IMG/VR virus record: IMGVR_UViG_3300036911_000012
Coordinates: 1-58,680 of that record
Direction: 5' to 3' (one strand)
DNA length: 58,680 nucleotides
From: a virus
Taxonomy: Duplodnaviria; Caudoviricetes
The notes under the pieces were generated by a model. The model was not told the origin of the DNA. It worked only from the letters and a program-made list of their open reading frames with translations, and did no database searches. The translations under genes and the position numbers were made by a program. Shown piece by piece: positions 49,978 through 58,158 of this stretch (position 1 is its first letter; each line of letters begins with the position of its first letter).

Positions 49978-50565
49978 TTAGTTCCCAGGCATCGGTTGCT
50001 GCGCGGTCGGCGCAACCAACTGGAGTGTTGGCACGTTCGCGCATGCCTGCGCAAACAGATTGATCGGCGTCGCGTTGACGCTGATGCTGATCGGCAGGTT
50101 GCCGATGAACTTTTGCGCCATCACGGCTTCTTCGGTGAAGACCGTGTTGCAGGCCACATTGTCGCAGAGATGGCGCGCGGCGATGATGGCGAGACGCTTC
50201 GCCTCGATGTCCGTGGCGAGCTTACCCGTGAACACGCCAGGATGCGCCTTGAGGACTTCGCCGAGCGGAGCGAATGCCGTCCAGCAAGCTGCTCCATTGC
50301 CGTCCTTGATGCTCGTATTCGTGGCCAACGTTTCCGCTGCGGAAAAGTCGGATGCGAATAGGTCAGCGAGGCCAGCGAGAGGACCCGCCTGGGCCGCCCC
50401 CGTCGCATCGGTGGACGGCTGCACAGTGGGAAGATCGCTTGGCGTTGAGCGAAGCGCCATCACCATCGCAGGCGTCATCTTCGTCAGGTTTGTACCCAGC
50501 GGCTCCGCCGCATGCGCCGCCCCCGCAAACAACAAGAGCGCCGCCAGGGCGCTACCCCAGCGCAC
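49978..50565 (-). CDS. Exported protein (Sec signal peptide), 4 Cys
   Basis: GTG at 50565 overlapping the upstream TAG; MRWGSALAALLLFAGAAHA|AE. Confidence 0.65.
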   Translation of the reverse strand: MRWGSALAALLLFAGAAHAAEPLGTNLTKMTPAMVMALRSTPSDLPTVQPSTDATGAAQAGPLAGLADLFASDFSAAETLATNTSIKDGNGAACWTAFAPLGEVLKAHPGVFTGKLATDIEAKRLAIIAARHLCDNVACNTVFTEEAVMAQKFIGNLPISISVNATPINLFAQACANVPTLQLVAPTAQQPMPGN

Positions 50566-50756
50566 TATTTGCCCCCTGCCGGGATCGTCGTCCCCGGCTT
50601 GTTCGTAATGGCGGACCACACAGCCACAGCGCACGTCGCCACAGCGGTGGCAATAATCGTGTCCTGATCCGTGGTCCCGAACCCGTAGTGCGTGGCAGCC
50701 GCCACAACACCGGGGATCAACGCGCGAAGGATACCGCCAAACTGGTCAATGTTCAC
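50565..50756 (-). CDS. Putative holin
   Basis: 63 aa with two hydrophobic segments, GAGGAG RBS, right after the endolysin. Confidence 0.6.
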   Translation of the reverse strand: MNIDQFGGILRALIPGVVAAATHYGFGTTDQDTIIATAVATCAVAVWSAITNKPGTTIPAGGK

Positions 50757-50787
50757 TGTTCTCTCCTCATGCTAAGGCGTCACACGC

Positions 50788-51633
50788 CTATTCGGTAAGT
50801 GCTTTGATCGTTTCTGCGCTCAGGATGCCATTGTCGACGGGCAGCCCTTTGGAGGTCTCGAAGTCGTTGAGCGCCTTGCGCGAGTTCGGCCCCCACCAGC
50901 CGTCAACGCCGTACGTGTCGAACCCAGCCTTGGTCAACTCATATTGCGCCCACTTGACGGTCCCGACTGCGTACCCACTGGAAGTAGCCGGCCCCTCTGA
51001 ATAGCCTATTCCTGCCCTTTGGAGGGCCGCCAGAGCCTGTTGGTGGTTCCCCAGGTTGATGACTGGCCCATTGGCGCGACCCGAGCCCACGAGCGCCCAA
51101 ACGGCCTGCCAGTCGCCCTCGTCGCAGTACGCCAAAATCTCCGGGTATTGCACAAACAGCGCCACCGAGCATTCAAGCATATGATCGGCGCTTGTTACCA
51201 TTGATGGCGTATCGAGAAGGGGTAATCCAGTCAGCCTTGCCAACATCGCGAAGTTGTCATGCCCCGTAATTTGGATGAGCCCCTGCCCTCGGAAACGCCA
51301 CCCATCGTCGGGACCAACATTGCCCATGCGCCCGCCGTAGACGCGATCCGCGAACTTCTCAGGTTGAAACGCGTACGGCGCTGCACTCTCGACGGTCGGA
51401 AACTTGCCGGGGAAAATCTGACATGCGCGCTCGGCGCTGTAATTGAGGTTTTCCATGAGCGCAGTGAACCCGCCCGACTCTTCAAGCGCGGTCGAGAGAA
51501 ACCCCAAAACGCGGTTCGGCGTAACAACGCCATACTTCGCGAAGACTGCATCGGCACGGTCAACGATACCCGCAACGATCTCCGAGTGCGCACGGGGTGC
51601 GGCGGCAAGGAGCTGTTGTGCTGTAATGGTCAT
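50788..51633 (-). CDS. Endolysin: GH19 domain plus peptidoglycan-binding domain
   Basis: EESGGF..L.ENLNYS, YGGRMGN...DGWRFRGQGLIQITG.DN, VDGWWGPNS..AL..F....GL.VD.G. Confidence 0.9.
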   Translation of the reverse strand: MTITAQQLLAAAPRAHSEIVAGIVDRADAVFAKYGVVTPNRVLGFLSTALEESGGFTALMENLNYSAERACQIFPGKFPTVESAAPYAFQPEKFADRVYGGRMGNVGPDDGWRFRGQGLIQITGHDNFAMLARLTGLPLLDTPSMVTSADHMLECSVALFVQYPEILAYCDEGDWQAVWALVGSGRANGPVINLGNHQQALAALQRAGIGYSEGPATSSGYAVGTVKWAQYELTKAGFDTYGVDGWWGPNSRKALNDFETSKGLPVDNGILSAETIKALTE

Positions 51634-51688
51634 ATGATTACTCCCAAGAGTCACCTGACGGAGCACCCCTCCCCCAGGATGCTCATGC

Positions 51689-54100
51689 TCAACCTCCGTA
51701 GGCCCATTGATACGTGCCTGAAACGTTCGTGCAACCCACGCGCTGCGAACTCGTGCCGGTCGAGGAAGGCACCCCAAGATACGTCGGCGAAGCCGGGGCG
51801 TTGCTTACGAACGCTTGCAACCCGACCAAATAAGCCAAGCACGAAGGCAGGGTTCCTCCAATTGTATAAGTTGGGTATATTGGAAGCGCAAAGCCTCCGC
51901 CGGCCTGATTGTAGTTGTTCTGCCCTGTTACCGTCGTTGTCGTGCCGGGCAGGAAATTGCTGTTATACGCTTCGTTGTTTACGAACACACTATTGCCAAA
52001 CGTCGCACTGGAAAACGTCTCATCTGGGCTGTTGGACCATGTGTTGTTTATAAACTGTAGATAGTTATTCGAACCGCTAAATGCAATTTGTTGATTGGCC
52101 GCATTCTCAAAGTCCGACGACTGCACAACGCCATTCGACGTTCCTACGAACGACAAGTTGTTGTAATTACCTTCTATATCAGCGCCAATTATCGACCACG
52201 CTTGCCCCCCGCCAATCGCGATAGCCGCACCTGCCAACTGATTCCCGCTATTAAAGATCCCATCTCCCCATATACGCGCCGCGTTACAACTGCTACCAGT
52301 TGAGCAATCAATCGCATTCCCGTTGGTGTTAACTATCAAATTGTTGGTGATATACGGTGCGTAGGATGATGAAATAGCCAGTCCAACGTTCCATCTACCA
52401 TCTATCGTGACGCGATCGACCACGAAATCGCTATTGTTCCCGACGCGGATTGCGATACCACTTGCCGCACCGTACTGATCCAGCCGCATGTTCATTACCG
52501 AGAAACTCGTATATGCGGCGTAGTTTTGTGCGGGGGATACATACTTAATGCCTGTTGTTTGCGTAGGAGCTTCCCATCGGAGTGCCGTGCAGCCGCCTTG
52601 ACCGGAAATATTATACAGCCCGTAGTCGCTCTCTAGTAGCGTAGCAGTCAACAGCGCCGTCCCGCACGGGAGTTGCAGTTTCGTTCCCGACGAAGCCGTG
52701 AGCGCGGCCTGAAGCGCCACAGTGTCATCGTGCGTCGCCAGTCCGCCGGAGAGGGTCTGACTTGATGCGTTCGCCAACACGAGAGTGTTCGTGCCGCCGC
52801 CAGAAACGATAGTCGAGAGCAAAAACCCATTCGTCGCCGTCGCGCTCGGCGCTAGCGCCAGCCAATCCGGGCGGTGTGAATCGTTTTCATTGTTGTCTTT
52901 CCATGTCGAGGTCGAAGTGACCCCGACGAATTGCATGAGGTTTAGCGCAGCGCCGCTGGAGACTGTCGTCAGGTTGAACGTGGCGCCGGTGCCCGCCCCT
53001 GACGAACTGGCTTGTCCGACTGTCGATGCCGCAGGTTCCCAATAGTACCCCGGAGCCGTTACCGTCACCGTCGCGACCGCAGAGCCCGAGAGCGTCGCTA
53101 CAGTCAGCACCGTGCCATCTGTGAGCGTTATGGTGTCCCCGACCGCGTACCCGGAGCCCCCCGCCGCCACGTTCGCCGCGCTCACGACGAAAATGCTGCG
53201 TGACACGACGTAACTCGACGGAATCGTCCCCGTCCCTGGGGGGTTCCACGAAATTGTATTATAGTTTGTCGGTGACAGCAGAGCGTTGCCCGTCGAGACG
53301 CTGACCGGCGTTATCGCAGGCCCGACTCCGCCGTAAGCATCGACGGCTTGCACGGTATAATAATACGTCGTGCTACCTGTCGCCCCCGTTGGCGTTATCG
53401 TCAGCCCTGTTGGCGGGTTGAGCGAGAATGTCGGACCGCAGCCATTGACGCGAACCCCCTCGCCGGTCACAAAATCAATCGCGGCGCTGAGCGATATGTT
53501 CGCCGAGCCCGAGGCGCACGTTGCCGACACGCTTTGACCCGACATAGAGACGTTGGTCAGTGCGACCGGGAGCGGCTGGTAGAGCGCTGCGCCACCCAAA
53601 GGCGTCGCCCATGTGCCGTCGCCGCGCCAAAACGTCGTCGATGCAGCCCCCGTCCCACTGTTGAGATTGGCGACCGGAAGATTGCCGGTGACCTGTGTCC
53701 CGAGGTTGACGGTCGCAGCCGTCGCCAGCGCGCCGAATGCAACCCCGCCGGTTTTTGTGCATGCCAGCGCCAATGATCCTGATGAGTTTGTGCAATCTCC
53801 GGTATGAGCGGGTTCCTGCGCGGCCTGTAGCGTGCCCGTCGCCTGCGTCGACAGGTTGACCGTGGTCTGCGTCCCTGCATATATCTGGGCATCCAGGGTC
53901 GTTAAATTCGTCAGGATGCTGTTGAACGTCGCGCCCGGCACGCGCCCGAGCCCGTTCGTCCAGGGCACAGCATTGATCTGGTTCTGCACCGACGTGGGGG
54001 TGACCTGCGCCTGTGCGCAGAGGCTACTCCCAAGAGTAAGCGCCAGGGCCGCCACAAGCGCCATAACACGCGCCAATATTTCAGTCACGAACGAGCCCAT
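51689..54100 (-). CDS. Tailspike/fibre-like beta-helix protein with Sec signal peptide
   Basis: ATG at 54100 after GGAG; [31 protein letters not shown]|Q; [21 protein letters not shown], Asn-rich beta-helix rungs. Confidence 0.8.
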   Translation of the reverse strand: MGSFVTEILARVMALVAALALTLGSSLCAQAQVTPTSVQNQINAVPWTNGLGRVPGATFNSILTNLTTLDAQIYAGTQTTVNLSTQATGTLQAAQEPAHTGDCTNSSGSLALACTKTGGVAFGALATAATVNLGTQVTGNLPVANLNSGTGAASTTFWRGDGTWATPLGGAALYQPLPVALTNVSMSGQSVSATCASGSANISLSAAIDFVTGEGVRVNGCGPTFSLNPPTGLTITPTGATGSTTYYYTVQAVDAYGGVGPAITPVSVSTGNALLSPTNYNTISWNPPGTGTIPSSYVVSRSIFVVSAANVAAGGSGYAVGDTITLTDGTVLTVATLSGSAVATVTVTAPGYYWEPAASTVGQASSSGAGTGATFNLTTVSSGAALNLMQFVGVTSTSTWKDNNENDSHRPDWLALAPSATATNGFLLSTIVSGGGTNTLVLANASSQTLSGGLATHDDTVALQAALTASSGTKLQLPCGTALLTATLLESDYGLYNISGQGGCTALRWEAPTQTTGIKYVSPAQNYAAYTSFSVMNMRLDQYGAASGIAIRVGNNSDFVVDRVTIDGRWNVGLAISSSYAPYITNNLIVNTNGNAIDCSTGSSCNAARIWGDGIFNSGNQLAGAAIAIGGGQAWSIIGADIEGNYNNLSFVGTSNGVVQSSDFENAANQQIAFSGSNNYLQFINNTWSNSPDETFSSATFGNSVFVNNEAYNSNFLPGTTTTVTGQNNYNQAGGGFALPIYPTYTIGGTLPSCLAYLVGLQAFVSNAPASPTYLGVPSSTGTSSQRVGCTNVSGTYQWAYGG

Positions 54101-54119
54101 CCGCCTACTCCGAGGCTTC

Positions 54120-54167
54120 ATCACAGTTTTTAGCATAGTTTTTATCACAGTTTTTATCACAGTTTTT
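54120..54167. repeat. 12-bp tandem repeat, four copies (ATCACAGTTTTT, one degenerate)
   Basis: Visible between the two fibre genes, overlapping the stop at 54157. Confidence 0.85.
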
Positions 54168-55467
54168 GGCACGCCAGAAGAACGACACTCGCCGCACGAG
54201 TTTCCGTCGTGCAGTTCGAGCACGCCACGCCAACAGCACTTGTAGGCTGTTGTTGATACGATGTTCCTGTAAGCCCCAGAGAAGCGCCACCTCCACTACC
54301 TGCCGTGGCGACAAAGCTGTACGACCCCGTAATACCAAGCGTGACAGGGCCAACCGCACTGCTCTCACCACCAGCCAGCACAGTTCCAGTTGGGTCGCGC
54401 CCAGCGCCACTGTCTATACCGCGCAGCACGCGCCCACGCGCGTCTGCGATTCCGCTCGCCCCGTTCGCGGCAGCCCACCCGTTCGGACACGTGGCGAGAT
54501 TAAACATGGCCACTTCCCCCGGAGGCGCAGTTGGTCCGGTCGACGTAAGCACAAACTCAACTCCGTCAAACGTAGCCGCCGCAATCTGCCCTGGAACCAG
54601 CTCACCCCCTGCCATAGGAGCTACCCCAGCGGGGGTTTGTCGGTACAAGTTTTCAATCGAGGCCGCCCCTACAGCTATGGTCGTAGGCCCTGTGTTGAGC
54701 GTGGCCGGGGTGAACACAATACTCGTGCCATATGTATTGGTAAACCCCGTGGGGACGGTAGCCCCCACAGTTATGGCGTTGGCCGCCCCGCCTATAGAAC
54801 TTCCAGTAAAAACGTATGACCCAAGCCCAGGTGGCGGGTACGCGAGCCCCAGCATGGACGCCGTAACGCTGGCGGGGCCTAAATTGCCCGCCGCTGCGCC
54901 ACTGGCAAGCATGGACGCCGTAACGCTGGCTGGGCCTAAATTGCCCGCCGCTGCGCCACTGGCAAGCATGGACGCCGTAACGCTGGCGTGGCCTAAATTG
55001 CCCGCCGCTGCGCCACTGGCAAGCATGGACGCCGTAACGCTGGCGGGGCCTAAATTGCCCGCCGCTGCGCCACTGGCCATTTTCGACGACGTAACTGCAC
55101 CGGGAGATATGACCGTCGCAAACGACCCCAAACTTGTTAGCACGTCCCCCGTAAGCACGGGAGCTTGCGCAGATTGAAGGGTGCCAAGGAGCGAGGTGGT
55201 CTGTACTTGTCCTGTGGCAAATATACTGGCCCCAGGAGCAGTTATGGTCGCGCTGTATACCTGCCCAAGCACTACGGTCAGGTTCGTCAGGATGCTGTTG
55301 AACGTCGCGCCCGGCACGCGCCCGAGCCCGTTCGTCCAGGGCACAGCATTGATCTGGTTCTGCACCGACGAGGGGGTGACCTGCGCCTGTGCGCAGAGGC
55401 TACTCCCAAGAGTAAGCGCCAGGGCCGCCACTCTGGCAACGTTGCGAAGTCGTAATAGTCGCAGCAT
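54157..55467 (-). CDS. Tail-fibre-like protein with tail-collar domain and Sec signal peptide
   Basis: [28 protein letters not shown]|Q; collar motif [17 protein letters not shown]...[16 protein letters not shown]. Confidence 0.8.
   Translation of the reverse strand: MLRLLRLRNVARVAALALTLGSSLCAQAQVTPSSVQNQINAVPWTNGLGRVPGATFNSILTNLTVVLGQVYSATITAPGASIFATGQVQTTSLLGTLQSAQAPVLTGDVLTSLGSFATVISPGAVTSSKMASGAAAGNLGPASVTASMLASGAAAGNLGHASVTASMLASGAAAGNLGPASVTASMLASGAAAGNLGPASVTASMLGLAYPPPGLGSYVFTGSSIGGAANAITVGATVPTGFTNTYGTSIVFTPATLNTGPTTIAVGAASIENLYRQTPAGVAPMAGGELVPGQIAAATFDGVEFVLTSTGPTAPPGEVAMFNLATCPNGWAAANGASGIADARGRVLRGIDSGAGRDPTGTVLAGGESSAVGPVTLGITGSYSFVATAGSGGGASLGLTGTSYQQQPTSAVGVACSNCTTETRAASVVLLACQKL
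54851..55077. repeat. 57-bp coding tandem repeat, four copies ([19 protein letters not shown])
   Basis: Units start at 54851, 54908, 54965 and 55022. Confidence 0.92.
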
Positions 55468-55496
55468 CGAAACGGCCCCCGTGTAGCGTGCGCGAT

Positions 55497-55525
55497 ACTA
55501 TACACGCACGCTACGAGCGTGTCAA
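55497..55525 (-). promoter_or_regulatory. Near-consensus sigma70 promoter upstream of the fibre genes
   Basis: TTGACA-N17-TATAGT on the minus strand, 30 bp upstream of the ATG at 55467. Confidence 0.75.
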
Positions 55526-55544
55526 GCTCGTATCGGCCCCCGCT

Positions 55545-55808
55545 TTATTCGCCGCCGAATGGCAGCTCCGGGTCTTCGGCTGGAACGGCGGTCAGTTCAC
55601 TGTGCGGCACTTCGGGCTCCGGCTTCTCGACCGACACCCACTGCCCGTCTGGGTGTTTCCACATAATCCAGCCATCGAACAGGCCGCCGATGCAGACGCC
55701 GTGGTCGTCGCTGAACGGGATGATGCGGCTTTCGACGATCTCGCCCCTGACCCCCTTGCGCTTGTCGTCGCTTGCGACCGTAAATTTCTTACCCACCGTA
55801 CCCCCCAT
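55545..55808 (-). CDS. Hypothetical protein
   Basis: Tiled ORF. Confidence 0.55.
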   Translation of the reverse strand: MGGTVGKKFTVASDDKRKGVRGEIVESRIIPFSDDHGVCIGGLFDGWIMWKHPDGQWVSVEKPEPEVPHSELTAVPAEDPELPFGGE

Positions 55809-55817
55809 AGACCTGAA

Positions 55818-56012
55818 TTACTTTTTCTTGCCGAAATTCTCGGCGAACACCGCCCGCTTGCGCTCCGCAGGGTTGGACGAGTTCCTGGCCTGCGCGAGTT
55901 TACTCGCCGGTATTTTCTGCCCCTGGGGCACCCCCAGCTCCTTATGCAGGAACCCCTTGTGCGACGGTTTAATTTTTATCGGCTTGAGCTTACTCTCGGA
56001 AGTAGCTTTCAC
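55818..56012 (-). CDS. Small basic phage protein
   Basis: IKPSHKG.LHKELGVPQGQKIP..KL...RKRA.FA pattern common in phage late regions. Confidence 0.65.
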   Translation of the reverse strand: MKATSESKLKPIKIKPSHKGFLHKELGVPQGQKIPASKLAQARNSSNPAERKRAVFAENFGKKK

Positions 56013-56177
56013 GAGTAACCCCTCTTACACCCGCCAGCTCGCCATACTTGCCGGCTCACCCCCCATTACAGCGGCAGCCCCGAACCCTGCGTCGTAGGTT
56101 CGGGGCTGCCTTTCCAAACGTCGAGGGGGTGGGGCCGTCTGGAGGAGTCTTGCGCATAGCACGTTTGACGCGGGTAG

Positions 56178-56513
56178 TCAACCCCCAAGTACGGCCCGGC
56201 TGACTGTCGTAGTAGACTGCGTAGGCGGCACGTGCTCGGGCCACGAGGCGAAGCCCCCTTCGCGCTTCTGGTCGTTGTCGGGGTGTCCTATGGCAAGCAT
56301 GCGGGCGAGCACCGCATACTGTCGACCGTCATGGTCGAACACCGACAGATTCACGGTGTGCTCGTTGTGAACGTACGTGATGATGGCGGCATGGGGGAGG
56401 ATTGCCCCGTCCTTGCGCATCACTTGTCGCACCTTCTGCGCTCGGTCGTTCTTCTCGTCGAAGTACGGCCAGTAATGCACGACTCGACCAATGGCGGGTT
56501 CGCTGAGCAACAT
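56178..56513 (-). CDS. Hypothetical phage protein
   Basis: PAIGRVVHY...AAIITYV....VNLSVF pattern. Confidence 0.65.
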   Translation of the reverse strand: MLLSEPAIGRVVHYWPYFDEKNDRAQKVRQVMRKDGAILPHAAIITYVHNEHTVNLSVFDHDGRQYAVLARMLAIGHPDNDQKREGGFASWPEHVPPTQSTTTVSRAVLGG

Positions 56514-56559
56514 GTAAGGGTCTCTCTTTTATAACGCCCCAGTATTTTGGGGTGGAGGT

Positions 56560-56588
56560 GTTTTATAGGGGAGGGGTTTTTGTGTCAA
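56560..56588 (-). promoter_or_regulatory. Possible sigma70 promoter
   Basis: TTGACA-N17-TAAAAC on the minus strand upstream of 56513. Confidence 0.45.
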
Positions 56589-56809
56589 GGTGTTTTATCG
56601 TTTTTCGGTGTGGGTGTTTAAGGATGTAAGGGAATTGGAAAATCCGGGTCATATGGTTGAAGGGTCCCTAAAGGCGAGGTCCCCCTGCCCCTACCCCGGT
56701 CCAGGCGCCCCGCCGACCCTGGGGGGTACATTCCCCCTCCCTAGGACAGAGAGACGGTCTGCGCCTACTCGCAAGAGTAAGCTCCCCCTCCCTCTGGTAG
56801 ACACCGGAC

Positions 56810-57206
56810 GGTCCCCGCTGCAATCGGGACTGGCGCCAGACAAAGGCGTCCCCAGACTGACCAAGCCTAAGGGTGAGCTAAGACGCTCAGGCAGTCGCCC
56901 GTAAAAGCTGATGAAGTGCAGCAGGGGGAAACTAGAACGGAGCGCGGACAAGTGGCGCTTTCTCCCACAAGGAAGGTTAAGACCTTCCGGGAGCCGAACC
57001 CCGGAAGGTCAAACTGAAAAGGCGCCAAAGTCTGCAAAAACTCGATATGGCACGGCGAAGCAAGCCTACCCCTGCAACGCCCCTAATCGCATCCCGCGAG
57101 CCGCTAACAATCGAGAGAACACGAATGACCTGAGCGGAAGCCTGGGGAACAATGCACAACAAAGACCCAACATGAAAGCCGGGGGCCTAGCAAGCTCCCG
57201 GCCTTT
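56810..57206 (+). ncRNA. Candidate structured non-coding RNA
   Basis: Several nested stems with G-U pairs on the plus strand, ending in a terminator-like hairpin; no convincing CDS. Confidence 0.4.
57178..57206 (+). terminator. Terminator-like hairpin
   Basis: GCCGGGGGC/GCTCCCGGC stem followed by CTTT. Confidence 0.45.
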
Positions 57207-57250
57207 ACATAGTAAGCCTTACTCTTGGAGTAAGGCTTACTATGTAAAGG
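57202..57250. repeat. Perfect inverted repeat, 23-bp arms and 3-nt loop
   Basis: CCTTTACATAGTAAGCCTTACTC-TTG-GAGTAAGGCTTACTATGTAAAGG. Confidence 0.95.
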
Positions 57251-57258
57251 AGAACGTC

Positions 57259-57534
57259 ATGAAAAAGCTTTATGGAGAACAAGACTACCTCGCCAAGACG
57301 CTAAAAAGCGTCGAGCCGGTCGAAGTCACGCGCAACGCGCGCAAAGTGCGCGCTTGCGGCGTTATCTCGACTGCCCAGCATACTGGGCATGTGATGTTTG
57401 CGCGCGCGATCAAGGTCGCGCCGCGCACGCTCAAAAACGCCAAGAATGCGTCGTCCAAGGGGGCGGCGTCGGAAGTGAGGAAAATTTCTATAGAGGAGTA
57501 CCGCGCAACATCCATCTGGGCCTCTTGGGAGTAA
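57259..57534 (+). CDS. Hypothetical basic protein (91 aa)
   Basis: AAGGAG RBS; the stop codon lies in the motif copy at 57519. Confidence 0.6.
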   Translation: MKKLYGEQDYLAKTLKSVEPVEVTRNARKVRACGVISTAQHTGHVMFARAIKVAPRTLKNAKNASSKGAASEVRKISIEEYRATSIWASWE

Positions 57535-58158
57535 GTCAAGAAACCCTCCTATGCGGCGTACGAAAACGAGACGCAAAGCCTTCGGATGAACTGAGCGCGC
57601 CAGCCAAATATGTAATGGAGTGCGAACCTTACATATTTAACGGGTACACTCGTTTGGCACAAAAAAGCCACAATTGGGCATCGCAACATTACAAGTTGCG
57701 TCAACCTTGCGTGCTTGAAGTTGATTGTGGCAAAAGTGCGGCCGTAAGGGCGGCAGCGCTGTGCTAAGTCGTTGTCTTTGTTATCTTGTATATGTTATTC
57801 TTATTAGTAATTAATAAATTCATACTGTTTCTATACGAAGTTCGTGATAAGCTCGTACGAGCTGGTTGATAGCGCACCTTACCGCCCTTATGTGTGTTTT
57901 TCGGTCTTAGAATAAACAATTAAAAATTCCCCTGCAACATCAAACACTTGCAAAATCTTATTCTAAACCCCCTCTGACCATCGCATGGTAAAACCGTGAC
58001 AAGCCACGACATGCGCACGGTTTGCGCAACCTTTTCGCACGCAAAAGTAAAACACTTGTACCCCCTTGACATGCCTCTCTTGCCTGTTTATGTATAAAAC
58101 CATAAGCAGGGGCCATCACGGCGTACGCCGAGCGTACACCTTCCGCGAGAGACATACC

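Larger units (their letters stand above)
53907..55431. repeat. 149-bp direct repeat (53907-54055 and 55283-55431, one mismatch) encoding a shared signal peptide and N-terminal module
   Basis: Aligned by eye; only difference is GACGT vs GACGA; each copy contains a motif site. Confidence 0.9.

Noticed and set aside
53907-55431. Diversity-generating retroelement TR/VR pair
   Set aside because: No reverse transcriptase, only one mismatch, and the repeat is at N-termini rather than a C-terminal variable region
56908-56932. Hammerhead ribozyme (CTGATGA...GAAAC)
   Set aside because: The sequence between the two core elements does not form a convincing stem II, and I could not build stems I and III
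56911-57258. 5' part of the 207-aa ORF 56911..57534
   Set aside because: It runs through the structured region and palindrome; the ATG at 57259 has a strong RBS and is the likelier start
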